This document shows positions 18,665 to 28,817 of a stretch of DNA of 38,437 bases, piece by piece (position 1 is the first letter of the stretch; each line of letters begins with the position of its first letter). The notes beneath the pieces are model-generated. The model did not search any database, was not told where the DNA came from, and was given only the letters and a program-made list of their open reading frames with translations. The translations under genes and the position numbers were made by a program. The stretch comes from a virus, in IMG/VR virus record IMGVR_UViG_3300045988_139483, positions 1-38,437 of that record; one strand, written 5' to 3'.

Positions 18665-18871
18665 ATGTCTAAAATAAGAGTCGAAAAAGGTAATGCACTA
18701 TTACTTATTGAAGAAGAAGAATTAGCACAATATGAAGCTAGAGGATATTCAAAATTAGGAGCTACTAAAAAAGTAGCTTCTAAAGATTTAGAAAAAGAAT
18801 TAAAGAAAATTGCAAAAGTTAATGAGGAACTAACAGCCAAAATTGCAGAATTAGAAAAGAAAGAAAAATAA
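18665..18871 (+). CDS. Hypothetical small protein in head operon
   Basis: ORF. Confidence 0.5.
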   Translation: MSKIRVEKGNALLLIEEEELAQYEARGYSKLGATKKVASKDLEKELKKIAKVNEELTAKIAELEKKEK

Positions 18872-18883
18872 GAGGTGTTGCAA

Positions 18884-19258
18884 ATGATAAATGTTTATGC
18901 AACAAAAGAGGATTACTCAAAATATGGTTCTAAAGTATTAGAAGATGAAGAAATAGAAAAAAATTTAGAGTTAGCCTCAATAGATGTCAACAGAGCGACA
19001 TTAACAAGAATTGAAAGAAGAGGATTTGATAATTTAACAACACAACAAAAAGATTTAATAATCAAAGCAACTTGTTTACAAGCAGAATATATAAAAGAAG
19101 AAGGCTTATATGATGATAACAGTATATCTAGTTATTCTATAGGTGGGGACTTAACAGTAAATGAAAAGGAATCACAAGATATGGCAGATAAACTAAATAT
19201 ATCAAAATTAGCCTTTTTCTATTTAAAAAGAACAGGATTAACAAATAGGATTATATGA
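18884..19258 (+). CDS. Head-tail connector (DNA-packaging adaptor)
   Basis: MINVYATKEDYSKYGSKVLEDEEIEKNLELASIDVNRAT, position. Confidence 0.75.
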   Translation: MINVYATKEDYSKYGSKVLEDEEIEKNLELASIDVNRATLTRIERRGFDNLTTQQKDLIIKATCLQAEYIKEEGLYDDNSISSYSIGGDLTVNEKESQDMADKLNISKLAFFYLKRTGLTNRII

Positions 19259-19602
19259 TAAAAAGGTTAAATCCAAAACATTTGGAAAGATTATTAAATA
19301 ATAAATGTGATGTAGTTATATATCAAGAAGGCTTATCAGAAGATGGTGAGCCTTTAACTTCTTTGAATTTAGAAAATCAAAAATGTAGATTTGTTGAAAC
19401 AACTAAAGTTATAATTAGTCCAGATGGAAGAAAGATTCAACTTGTGGGAAAAGTAATATTACTTGGAGATATAGCACCAACTATAAGGAAAATAAGTGGT
19501 GGACAAGTAATAATAGATGACATACAATATGAAATTTATCAAGCAAGTAGACCAAGAAATCCAGATGGAACCGTTCATCATACAACATTGGAGTTGGTTT
19601 AA
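19255..19602 (+). CDS. Head closure / minor capsid protein
   Basis: Position; IIDDIQYEIYQASRPRNPDGTVHHTTLEL. Confidence 0.65.
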   Translation: MIKRLNPKHLERLLNNKCDVVIYQEGLSEDGEPLTSLNLENQKCRFVETTKVIISPDGRKIQLVGKVILLGDIAPTIRKISGGQVIIDDIQYEIYQASRPRNPDGTVHHTTLELV

Positions 19603-19603
19603 T

Positions 19604-19969
19604 ATGAAAATAACATATAATACTAAAAATATAAATGAATTATTAGAAAATGCAAGATTAGCATTGATAGATACTGCAGAAGCGGTAAAAACAGATTTAA
19701 TTCAAAGTCAAACAATGCCATTTGATACTGGTACAATGCAAAATGATAGCACTTTTGTAGATGATAAAAAAGTTATAAAAGGTGTTGCTAGAATAGTTGT
19801 AGATACAGTATATGCGAGAAAGGTTTATTTCGACCCAGAAATACATATAAAACAAGGAAAAAATCCTAATGCTAAACAGTATTATTTTGATGATTATATT
19901 ACTGGAGAAAAGAAAAGTTTACCTATAAAATATTTTAAACAAGCCTTAAAAAGGAGAAGTGGACAATGA
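19604..19969 (+). CDS. Minor capsid / tail-completion protein
   Basis: ATG 19604; MPFDTGTMQNDSTFVDD. Confidence 0.65.
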   Translation: MKITYNTKNINELLENARLALIDTAEAVKTDLIQSQTMPFDTGTMQNDSTFVDDKKVIKGVARIVVDTVYARKVYFDPEIHIKQGKNPNAKQYYFDDYITGEKKSLPIKYFKQALKRRSGQ

Positions 19970-20370
19970 TAACAAGAATAAATACGTCCTCAATAAGGGA
20001 TTATCTAAAAAAAATAATACCAGAGTGCACGAAATGGTCAATAGGACAAATGGATGAAAATCAAGATAAAGCGATTGCTTTATACGCTAATCGTAGGCAA
20101 TTAGAAGACAATTCTAAATATAAAAAGTTGAAAAGTTATAGAATATTACCAATTACACTATTATTAAGATGGACGAAAAATTATGATACGGCCGAAACAA
20201 TGGCCAATAAAATTTATGAACTATTAGATTGTAGTTCTTTTTTTATTTATGATTATAATTGCTCAATTGAGTGTTTATATAATGGCCCTATTGACTTGGG
20301 TGCGGATGAAAACAATGTTTACAAGTTTTCAATAGAATTAAATTTATTATATAGAAAGGGTGAAAAATAA
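19966..20370 (+). CDS. Minor capsid / tail terminator-like protein
   Basis: Position, ORF overlap. Confidence 0.6.
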   Translation: MITRINTSSIRDYLKKIIPECTKWSIGQMDENQDKAIALYANRRQLEDNSKYKKLKSYRILPITLLLRWTKNYDTAETMANKIYELLDCSSFFIYDYNCSIECLYNGPIDLGADENNVYKFSIELNLLYRKGEK

Positions 20371-20840
20371 TGGCAACTAAAACAGGAGTATATCCAGTAT
20401 ATGAAAACCAATTTCAAGTTGGCGCTACTAAAGAAGCATTAACTGATATTGCAGATATGGAAAGTTTTTCAGTGAAATTAGACAATGGAGTAGAAGAGTG
20501 GAATCCGTTAGACCAAAAAGGATGGGTTAGAAGATTAATGACTTCTAAATCTGTTACTATCTCTATCTCAGGAAAAAGAAATTTCGGAGATACAGGAAAC
20601 GATTATGTAGCTGGATTAGCATTAAAAAACGGAAGAGACGTTGAAGGATGTCTACAATGGACATTCCCAAATGGAGCAAAATTAGTATTTGAAAATGCAG
20701 TGTATAATATAACAAATTGGGGAGCAGGAAAATCAACAGAAGTTATTCCACTAGAATTTGATGTAATGTCAAATGGAAAACCAACATACACAGAAGCATC
20801 ACCACAAAGTGTTGAAACTACACAAGCGGTAAAAAAATAA
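20370..20840 (+). CDS. Major tail tube protein
   Basis: MESFSVKLDNGVEEWNPLDQKGWVRRLMTSKSVTISISGKRNFGDTGNDYVAG. Confidence 0.85.
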   Translation: MATKTGVYPVYENQFQVGATKEALTDIADMESFSVKLDNGVEEWNPLDQKGWVRRLMTSKSVTISISGKRNFGDTGNDYVAGLALKNGRDVEGCLQWTFPNGAKLVFENAVYNITNWGAGKSTEVIPLEFDVMSNGKPTYTEASPQSVETTQAVKK

Positions 20841-20901
20841 GATATTAAAAAGTAAGAGGTCCTTAAAGGCCTCTTATAAATATATTTAGGAGGAATCTGA
20901 A

Positions 20902-21210
20902 ATGGCAAATATAGATATTAGTTCAAAATTAAGTCACGAACCACAAACAATAACAATAGCAGAAGGTAAAACATATGAAGTAGACTGCGGAGCAGAAACA
21001 ATGTTGAAAGCACAAGATTTATTTAAAAAAGACGATAGTTTAGATGGATTATTTAAAGCAATAGAATTATTACTAGGAAAAGAAGCATTAGAAGAAATAA
21101 AAGGAATGAAAGTAAAAGTTGCAGACTTAAAAGTTATTATTATCGCAATAATGGCACAAGTAAATGAAATTACTTATGAGGAAATGGAAAAACGATTTCA
21201 AAACAAATAA
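20902..21210 (+). CDS. Tail assembly chaperone, upstream (gpG-like) component
   Basis: Position between tail tube and tape measure; MANIDISSKLSHEPQTITIAEGKTYEVDCGAETMLKAQDLF. Confidence 0.75.
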   Translation: MANIDISSKLSHEPQTITIAEGKTYEVDCGAETMLKAQDLFKKDDSLDGLFKAIELLLGKEALEEIKGMKVKVADLKVIIIAIMAQVNEITYEEMEKRFQNK

Positions 21211-21554
21211 TGAAACAGAATTATGGTACGACATGGAAGAAGACTGGCCTTTGATTGAGGCAAGTTTAGCAAAACAATATGGAATAAGAATAAGAAAAGA
21301 AATAGACACAATGAGTTATGCAGAATTGTGTAATCTTATATCTGGGTTGATGCCAGATACACCACTGCGGAAACATTGTTCAAATTCGCAGTGAAGATGA
21401 TGAAGAAATGTTAAAAAACTTCACACAAGAGCAAAAAAATATAAGATGGAAATATAGAAATAAATTAGCAAAGAAAATGAGCAAAGAAGATTTTGAAAAA
21501 GTTATTACAGAATTTCAAAAAGCATTTAAAGAAATGGCTGGTGATAACAAATGA
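21164..21554 (+). CDS. Gp15-like tail assembly protein, +1 event at CGG 21368-21370
   Basis: ELWYDMEEDWPLIEASLAKQYGIRIRKE...SGLMPDTPL in frame ≡2; skipping C21368 gives GNIVQIRSEDDEEMLKNFTQEQKNIRWKYRNKLAKK... to TGA 21552. Confidence 0.8.
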
Positions 21555-21703
21555 CAGAAGTAAGATGTCCTAATTGTAATCAACTTTTATTAAAGGTTGA
21601 AAAATGCAAGGGTGAAATAAAATGTATAAGATGTAAGAAAACAATTAAAATTGATATAGATGAAAAAGACAGAGTGAGCAACACAACCATTAGTGGTGAG
21701 TAG
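21551..21703 (+). CDS. Com-like zinc-finger mini-protein
   Basis: MTEVRCPNCNQLLLKVEKCKGEIKCIRCKKTIKIDIDEKDRVSNTTISGE; CxxC...CxxC; ATGA overlap with the Gp15-like stop. Confidence 0.7.
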   Translation: MTEVRCPNCNQLLLKVEKCKGEIKCIRCKKTIKIDIDEKDRVSNTTISGE

Positions 21704-21749
21704 TTAGCCAATACCTGCTTTTATCCTAAAAAAGAAGGGAGGAGTAGGT

Positions 21750-24308
21750 ATGAGCACGAATGTGGGCTCTGTTGACTTTGAATTATTGCTAAATTCAAAT
21801 CCATTTAACAAAGGACTAAAGAATGCAACAAATACAATAAAAAGTTCAGGAATAGAGAACTCATTAAAGAAAATTGGTAAATTAGCGTTAGCAGCATTCT
21901 CTGTTAAAGCAATAGTAAATTTTGGTAAAGAATGTATTGATTTAGGCTCTGATTTAACAGAAGTACAAAATGTTGTTGATGTTACTTTTGGAAGTTTAAA
22001 TACAGAAGTAAATAAGTTTGCCGAAAATGCAATTACTCAATTTGGTTTGGGACAAACAGTAACAAAGAAATATGTTGGTACGTTTGGTGCGATGGCAAAA
22101 GCGTTTAATTTTTCGAATAAAGAAGCATTAGCAATGTCAGAAACATTAACAGGACTTACTGGAGATGTTGCTTCATTCTATAATTTATCAAGTGATGAAG
22201 CATATACAAAATTAAAATCAGTATTTACTGGTGAAACAGAGACTCTAAAGGATTTAGGTGTTGTAATGACACAGAATGCATTAGATCAATATGCATTGGC
22301 AAATGGTTATGGAAAAACAACGTCTAAAATGTCTGAACAGGAAAAAGTGGCTCTAAGATATAAATTTGTATTAGATAAATTAAATATAGCAAATGGAGAT
22401 TTTGTAAGGACAAGTGATAGTTGGGCAAACCAAACAAGGGTATTAGGCTTAAGATTTAATGAACTAAAGGCAACTTTAGGACAAGGATTTATTAACATAT
22501 TTACACCGATAGTAAAAGGAATAAATATGGTACTATCTAAACTTCAAGTGTTGGCAAATGCTTTTAAATCATTTACAGAAATGATATTCGGAAATGCTGG
22601 CGGAGATGATAGTACAAGTACTGTTTCAAATTTAGCATCAGATGCATCAAAAGCGAGTGATGCTGTGAGTGGAATTGGAGATAGTGCCAAAAAATCTGCT
22701 AAAGATCTAAAAAGTTTGGCTTCATTTGATACTGCACAAATATTAAAGAAAGATGATAGTTCTTCAAGTGGAAGTGGTGCAGGAGGAAAAATAGATACAA
22801 GTGGACTAAATTTAACAGATAATCTAAAAAAACAAGCAAGTGATATAGGAAAAATATTTGGCGATATTAATTTTGAACCGCTTATTAATTCTTTTAACAA
22901 AGTAAAAGAAGCAGCACAACCACTGATAACCACAATAAAAGATGGTTTAAAATGGTTATATGATAATGTTTTAGTTCCATTAGCCCAATGGACTATACAA
23001 GATTTACTTCCTGCATTTTTAAATTTAATTGCAGGAGCTTTAAAGGTTCTAAATCCTTTAATTGAAGCATTTAAACCAGTTTTTCAATGGTTCTGGGACA
23101 GTTTTTTAAAGCCTATTGCAGAGTGGACTGGAGGAGCTATAGTAAACACGCTTAATTTATTAGCAGATACTTTATCAAGAATTGGAAATTGGATGGGTGA
23201 AAATCAGAGTGTAGTTACTGAAATGGAAAAAGCTGTATTAGGCTTTTTTGGAGCGTGGAAAGTTATAGAGTTAGTGTCTTTTATACAACAAGCTGGAGGA
23301 GTAATTGCTGCATTAGGATTATTAAAAAATGCTATTCTTGGAAATGTAATTGCAAAGATTGCAGACAAAACAGAAACGATTGCATTGACATTGATGTATG
23401 CAAAAGACTTTGTAGTAAGTATTGCTTCAGGAACTACGGCATTAGTTAAGCAAGCAGCTCAGTGGGTTATAAATACAGGAGCTAAAATTGCAAATACAGC
23501 AGCAACCATTGCTAGTACAGCAGCAACTACAGCTGCTACAGTAGCAACATGGCTATTTAACGCAGCATTAGCTGTATTGACCTCACCAATAACACTGGTT
23601 GTGGTCGCAATAGCTGCTTTGATAGCTATAATAATATTGTTAATTAAAAATTGGGACAAAGTAAAAGAAACTGCAATAAATTGTTGGAATGGAATAAAAA
23701 ATACATTTTCGAATGTTGGACAGTGGTTTTCTAACATATTTCAACAAGCATACAATGGAATTACAAGAGTATTTAGTAATATCGGCAATTTCTTTAATGG
23801 AATATGGCAAAGAATAAAAGATTCTTTTTCTAATTTGGGAACAAGCATCGGTAATGCCATCTCTAATGCTGTAAAGGCAGGAATTAATGGAGTTATTTCA
23901 TTAATTGAGAGAACTATAAATAGAGCAATAGGTTTAATAAACGGTGCTATTGGAATAATAAACTTGATTCCAGGTGTAAATGTTGGAAAAATAGAAAGAG
24001 TTAATTTACCAAGGTTGGCACAAGGAGGATATGTAAAAGCTAACACGCCTCAATTAGCCATGATAGGAGATAATAGACACCAAGGAGAGATTGTTGCGCC
24101 AGAAGATAAATTAATGGCATTATATAAGAAAGCTAATCAAGAGATGGGATTAGACAATAATGAAAAAGTTATAGCACTACTTGAAAGAATAATTCAAATT
24201 TTAGCAAATTTAAGCTTTGACTCTAATTTATATATTGATGGTTATGAGTTAAACAAAAGACTTGAAAAAATAAAGAATAAAAATAGATTCGCAACAAATG
24301 GAGGTTAA
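21750..24308 (+). CDS. Tape measure protein
   Basis: 852 aa, long hydrophobic/Ala-rich central region, position. Confidence 0.93.
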   Translation: MSTNVGSVDFELLLNSNPFNKGLKNATNTIKSSGIENSLKKIGKLALAAFSVKAIVNFGKECIDLGSDLTEVQNVVDVTFGSLNTEVNKFAENAITQFGLGQTVTKKYVGTFGAMAKAFNFSNKEALAMSETLTGLTGDVASFYNLSSDEAYTKLKSVFTGETETLKDLGVVMTQNALDQYALANGYGKTTSKMSEQEKVALRYKFVLDKLNIANGDFVRTSDSWANQTRVLGLRFNELKATLGQGFINIFTPIVKGINMVLSKLQVLANAFKSFTEMIFGNAGGDDSTSTVSNLASDASKASDAVSGIGDSAKKSAKDLKSLASFDTAQILKKDDSSSSGSGAGGKIDTSGLNLTDNLKKQASDIGKIFGDINFEPLINSFNKVKEAAQPLITTIKDGLKWLYDNVLVPLAQWTIQDLLPAFLNLIAGALKVLNPLIEAFKPVFQWFWDSFLKPIAEWTGGAIVNTLNLLADTLSRIGNWMGENQSVVTEMEKAVLGFFGAWKVIELVSFIQQAGGVIAALGLLKNAILGNVIAKIADKTETIALTLMYAKDFVVSIASGTTALVKQAAQWVINTGAKIANTAATIASTAATTAATVATWLFNAALAVLTSPITLVVVAIAALIAIIILLIKNWDKVKETAINCWNGIKNTFSNVGQWFSNIFQQAYNGITRVFSNIGNFFNGIWQRIKDSFSNLGTSIGNAISNAVKAGINGVISLIERTINRAIGLINGAIGIINLIPGVNVGKIERVNLPRLAQGGYVKANTPQLAMIGDNRHQGEIVAPEDKLMALYKKANQEMGLDNNEKVIALLERIIQILANLSFDSNLYIDGYELNKRLEKIKNKNRFATNGG

Positions 24309-24309
24309 T

Positions 24310-24711
24310 ATGTACGAACCAAAATTAATAGTAAACAATACTCAGGTGCCAGGAATTATTTCTATAACTCCTGGCCCCGAACCGTTATGGGGAGATAGTA
24401 CAGGAAGAAATGCATTAGATGGCCATTATAGCGGAGTCTTTATTGGATATTTTACGACTTTAGAAGTGAAATTCGGAATCGTATCTGATGAAGAATACAA
24501 ACTAATAAAAAAATTGCTTGAACATCCTTTTTTGGAGGATGTTCAATTTTCGTTAGAAAAAGATATGGGAGACTATAAGCAAGGAGATTTATTCACAGAA
24601 GACTTTTATAATGGACAAGCTATAAAATCAAGTCCGCTTGCCTGTGGAGGATACTGGAACGAATTTTCTGTTGTTTTGACGGCCATAGATAGGAGGCCAC
24701 AACTTGTATGA
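24310..24711 (+). CDS. Phage tail protein (DUF6711-like)
   Basis: Position; ITPGPEPLWGDSTGRNALDGHYSG. Confidence 0.65.
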   Translation: MYEPKLIVNNTQVPGIISITPGPEPLWGDSTGRNALDGHYSGVFIGYFTTLEVKFGIVSDEEYKLIKKLLEHPFLEDVQFSLEKDMGDYKQGDLFTEDFYNGQAIKSSPLACGGYWNEFSVVLTAIDRRPQLV

Positions 24712-26054
24712 TAGAAATGAATAATAATTTCAAATTAAGGACGAAGAAGATAAAACAACAAGACATTAAAATCACGACAGGAAATGATCTATTTAAAATT
24801 AAACAAATAATTTATTCATTTGAAGGCAAATTATTTAAGACAATAATGAAACAAGTTGAGATTACGGACAAGACAGCAAATCAGCTCAAAGATAAAGATA
24901 TAAATTTTAAATACGGTCTTTATATAAATGATGCTTTTCAGTATATAGATTTAGGTAATTTTTATATAAAAGATATGGAAGATGACAAGAAAAAAGAAGA
25001 GATAACGGTAACAGGGTATGACAGAATGATTAGATTTATGAAAACATTTAAGCAGTCAGAATTACAGTTGACGTATCCTTGTACAATAATAAGATTGGTA
25101 CAGAAGATGTGTGAAGTTTGCAAAGTCGGCCTATATTCAACGAACTTCTTCAACTCAAATTTGACAGTAAATGAAGATTTTTTTACAAATCAAGAGATTA
25201 CATATAGAGATGTCTTAGAAAAAATTGCTGAAGCAACACTGACAACAGTTTTTATAAAAGAGAATAAGTTATATCTTTGTAAACCTAGCAATATCGTAGT
25301 TCAACAGTTAGATAAATCTTATATATCCAATTTATTAGTCAAAGAAAAATTTGGACCACTAAATGCATTAGTTTTAGGAAGAGGAAGTACAGAGGATAAT
25401 ATTGAATCAATAGATGAGGAAAGTATCACTCAAAATGGAAGATGTGAAATAAGATTTGACGAAAATGAATTTTTACAAGAGCAAAGAGAAAAAGTAATAG
25501 AAGATATGTTTGAGCAAGTAAAAGGTTTAGAATATTACTCTTATGAAGCATCTGACTTAGGTGTTATGTGGTTAGAACCATGTGATTGTATTGATTTGGG
25601 AGATAGAAACGATAATTTTTACAAGACTTTTTATTTAAAGGCTAATATTACAATTAATACAGGGATAACAAGCAATAGTGAAGCGGATATACCAGACGAG
25701 ACAAATACTGAATATAAGGTAACCCAAAAAGAAGAAAAGAAAACTTTAAAAGTTGAAAGATTAGCAAAGAAAAATGAAGGCTCAATTCAAGACTTAGTCA
25801 ATGAAACTACAGAACATGAAAAAAAGATAACTCAAGTAGAGCAAGACGTAGATTCAATTAAACAAAAAGTAGCAGATACAGTTGACTACAAGCGTGATGT
25901 TGAAGGAATTACAGAAATACATTTAGAGAATGCAAAAGAAATTAACATTTTGAACTTAATAATTGAGGGAAACAAGAAGTATGAATGCAACTTATATCCT
26001 GATGAGGATTTATATCCATCATCAGACTTAAACGTAAATCAGGAGGTGATGTAA
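24708..26054 (+). CDS. Tail-associated / baseplate hub-like protein
   Basis: Position; ITVTGYDRMIRFMKTFKQSELQLTYPCTI... Confidence 0.75.
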   Translation: MIEMNNNFKLRTKKIKQQDIKITTGNDLFKIKQIIYSFEGKLFKTIMKQVEITDKTANQLKDKDINFKYGLYINDAFQYIDLGNFYIKDMEDDKKKEEITVTGYDRMIRFMKTFKQSELQLTYPCTIIRLVQKMCEVCKVGLYSTNFFNSNLTVNEDFFTNQEITYRDVLEKIAEATLTTVFIKENKLYLCKPSNIVVQQLDKSYISNLLVKEKFGPLNALVLGRGSTEDNIESIDEESITQNGRCEIRFDENEFLQEQREKVIEDMFEQVKGLEYYSYEASDLGVMWLEPCDCIDLGDRNDNFYKTFYLKANITINTGITSNSEADIPDETNTEYKVTQKEEKKTLKVERLAKKNEGSIQDLVNETTEHEKKITQVEQDVDSIKQKVADTVDYKRDVEGITEIHLENAKEINILNLIIEGNKKYECNLYPDEDLYPSSDLNVNQEVM

Positions 26055-26055
26055 T

Positions 26056-27483
26056 GTGCAGTACAAAATAATAGTAGACAAGCAAAGCAGAACGAATCCT
26101 TCTGCAGACAAAAAAGAATACGTTATTAATATAGAAGAACTAAGAACAAACGGAAATATAAGTGACAGTATAGTTATTACTAAAGATGAAGCTTACGTTT
26201 TGCGTAAGTTAAAGCTAACAGAATATCTTGTGCTAGAAGAGCTAGAAAATCCAGTCAAGCAGACTTTGGCTGATGCGAAGATAGAGTTGTTTGAAGGAGA
26301 CAATTACATATATTTAATAGATATGACAGGCAACAAGTTCTACGCTGAATACATCATTAAAAATGACTTAACGGATATGTATGCTACTAAATTAGAGCTT
26401 AGCACTGCAATAAATCAGACAGCATACCAAATTCAATTACTTGCAAAACAAAAGTTGGGAAAAGAGGAACTTTCAACTGAGTTACAGGTTAATTCTGAAG
26501 CAATAAAAATAGCATGGAATAAAATATCTGATTATATACAGATGATGATTGCTAATGGAAATGCAAGTTTGGCGATATTAGATCAAAACAAAAAAATTCT
26601 TATGGCTTTGGACAAAACTGGTCAGCACTTTTATAACAATGGCAAAACTATGGATATTGGTGCTTTTGACTGTTATTTTCCTTCTTACGATAATATATAC
26701 AAAAGTTTAATGTTCGCATTAAATGAAAAATCAACAAACAATTTTATGGCTTGGGGCTATAAGACCACTGCTGAAAATGGGAAGACAACTTATATTCCAG
26801 TTATATATCTTGGTGGAAATTCTGATGACGATTATGGTTTTCATATTGAAAACGATATTATTTTGAATTTCAATAAGATTAGGTTTAAAAAGTCAAAGAT
26901 TTATGATAATAATGATAGTTTATGTTTTGAGATTGGAGAAGACTTGTTTTATGGAGATACAAGAGATAACAAGGAAATTTTCAGTGTATATAACAATTCA
27001 AATGGAACAAAAACCTTTAGAATTTTTGGAGATGATAGCAATCCAATAATGATAGATAGTAGCGGAAACTTTGTATTAGCGAGTGGAAAAATAATACTAG
27101 ACAATAATGGAAATATTGATTGTGTACATTTATATCAGACTGGAGATTCTTCTGATATAAGAATAAAAAGCAACATAAAAGATAGTTCCGAGTCAGCAAT
27201 AGATATTATTAATAAAATTCATCATAAAGAGTTTGACAAGAAAGACGATAATACTCACTATAAAATAGGGTATATTGCACAAGAGATGGAACAGATAGAT
27301 AAAAACTTTGTAGTCAAAAAACAAGCTAATAAAGAAAAGGGAATAGAAGAAAGGTATTATATGAATCAATTGCCGATTTTAGCAACGGCAACAAAGGCGA
27401 TACAAGAACAACAAAAGCAAATAGAAGAACTAAAGCAAAGAATAGAAAACCTTGAGAAAGGAGAAAAGAATGGAAATACTTAA
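26056..27483 (+). CDS. Tail tip/receptor-binding protein with S74-like intramolecular chaperone
   Basis: C-terminal SDIRIKSNIKDSSESAIDIINKIHHKEFDKKDD..YKIGYIAQEMEQIDKNFV...QQKQIEELKQRIENLEK. Confidence 0.8.
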   Translation: MQYKIIVDKQSRTNPSADKKEYVINIEELRTNGNISDSIVITKDEAYVLRKLKLTEYLVLEELENPVKQTLADAKIELFEGDNYIYLIDMTGNKFYAEYIIKNDLTDMYATKLELSTAINQTAYQIQLLAKQKLGKEELSTELQVNSEAIKIAWNKISDYIQMMIANGNASLAILDQNKKILMALDKTGQHFYNNGKTMDIGAFDCYFPSYDNIYKSLMFALNEKSTNNFMAWGYKTTAENGKTTYIPVIYLGGNSDDDYGFHIENDIILNFNKIRFKKSKIYDNNDSLCFEIGEDLFYGDTRDNKEIFSVYNNSNGTKTFRIFGDDSNPIMIDSSGNFVLASGKIILDNNGNIDCVHLYQTGDSSDIRIKSNIKDSSESAIDIINKIHHKEFDKKDDNTHYKIGYIAQEMEQIDKNFVVKKQANKEKGIEERYYMNQLPILATATKAIQEQQKQIEELKQRIENLEKGEKNGNT

Positions 27484-27880
27484 TTTTGAAGATGGTACAA
27501 AAACGCAAGATGCTTACGTTACCATCGATGGAGTAAATCATACAGTAACTCCAGCAAAATACACGGGCAAGATACCTTTATCAGCATATAACTTAAATAA
27601 AATGCAAAAGAATTTAGTCACGCATAAATATCAATTAAAAATCACATCTGCAGTTACGGCGGGAACAGAAGTAACAATACCGTGCTACTATAAGGTCGGA
27701 CAAGCGGTGATTGACGTGTACTTGAATGGAGAACGATTATTGTTAAGCTCTGATGCAAGCGGAACAGATGGACATTATAGAGAAGTTGGAACAGCAAATA
27801 GCATATCTAATAAGATAAAAACAACAACAGACTGGGCTCTTGAAACGGGAGATGTATTAGATTTTGTAGTAAGGCGGTGA
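27470..27880 (+). CDS. Tail fiber-associated protein (may extend to 27896 through CGG 27875)
   Basis: MEILNFEDGTKTQDAYVTIDGVNHTVTPAKYTGKIPLSAYNLNKMQ..; ends AGG-CGG-TGA. Confidence 0.65.
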   Translation: MEILNFEDGTKTQDAYVTIDGVNHTVTPAKYTGKIPLSAYNLNKMQKNLVTHKYQLKITSAVTAGTEVTIPCYYKVGQAVIDVYLNGERLLLSSDASGTDGHYREVGTANSISNKIKTTTDWALETGDVLDFVVRR

Positions 27881-28458
27881 TTATAGTGCAACCTAATTTG
27901 AGAGATATACAAAAAATGATAAATGATGCAGTTCTTTCAGTGAAAAAAGCAGAAAATCCTGTTGGACATATCAGAATGGAAACAACAAACACAAATCCAG
28001 CTACATATTTAGGATTCGGAACATGGGTATTATGGGGAGCTGGAAGAGTACCTGTTGGAGTTAATACATCAGATAGTAGTTTTAATACAGTTGAAAAAAC
28101 TGGAGGCTCAAAAACAGCAAATATATCACATACACATACGATAGCAAGTCATAATCACGGTGGAAATACTGGAAGTACAGCACTAACAATAAATCAAATA
28201 CCCGCTCATACGCATGATGTTTGGCAGACTTCAGGAGGCTCTGCACAATCAACTGAAGCAAATGCTCTGTCTGGAGCGACCGCATGGAATAAAACTCTAA
28301 GAAATGTTGAAAAATTTGCTAAAAGTACTGGTGGAGGACAAGGACACATTCATACAATATCTGCATCAGGACAACAAACTACAAGTTCTGCAGGCTCTAC
28401 ATCATTATCATTACTACAACCATATATAACATGTTATATGTGGAAAAGAACAGCGTAG
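27877..28458 (+). CDS. Tail collar-like fiber/baseplate protein
   Basis: PVGHIRMETTNTNPATYLGFGTWVLWGAGRVPVG...SHTHTIASHNHGG...LQPYITCYMWKRTA. Confidence 0.85.
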   Translation: MIIVQPNLRDIQKMINDAVLSVKKAENPVGHIRMETTNTNPATYLGFGTWVLWGAGRVPVGVNTSDSSFNTVEKTGGSKTANISHTHTIASHNHGGNTGSTALTINQIPAHTHDVWQTSGGSAQSTEANALSGATAWNKTLRNVEKFAKSTGGGQGHIHTISASGQQTTSSAGSTSLSLLQPYITCYMWKRTA

Positions 28459-28467
28459 GAGGTAACG

Positions 28468-28794
28468 ATGGAAAAGTCAGATATAATGAAACTTCAAGAA
28501 ACAGAAGACAGAAGTAAATCTAATACAAAAAGATTAGATGAACATGACATTAAATTTAAGGAAATGTCAGGAAAGCTCGAAGATATTCACGAACTTACAT
28601 ACTCTATAAAAGAAATTGCAACAGAAGTAAAACTCATGAGAGAAGATGTAAATAAGCTAGATGCACGTGTTGGCAACATTGAAAATGAGCCAGCAAAAGA
28701 TTATAAAGAAGTTAAAAAAGCTATAAGAGACAAAATAATCTTATCCGTTGTAGGTGCGATTGTTGGTGCTGTTATAGCTTTAATTATTAAATAA
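28468..28794 (+). CDS. xhlA: XhlA-type hemolysin/holin-associated protein
   Basis: Coiled coil followed by C-terminal TM, upstream of holin/amidase. Confidence 0.75.
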   Translation: MEKSDIMKLQETEDRSKSNTKRLDEHDIKFKEMSGKLEDIHELTYSIKEIATEVKLMREDVNKLDARVGNIENEPAKDYKEVKKAIRDKIILSVVGAIVGAVIALIIK

Positions 28795-28817
28795 AATAAT
28801 AGGAGAAAATTGAAATT

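Noticed and set aside
307-18840. Antisense ORFs in the track (e.g. 307-522, 2528-2854, 8704-9042, 12583-12930, 13724-14140, 18556-18840)
   Set aside because: They are low-complexity shadows of well-supported plus-strand genes, rich in L/F/S/Y with no RBS or family motif.
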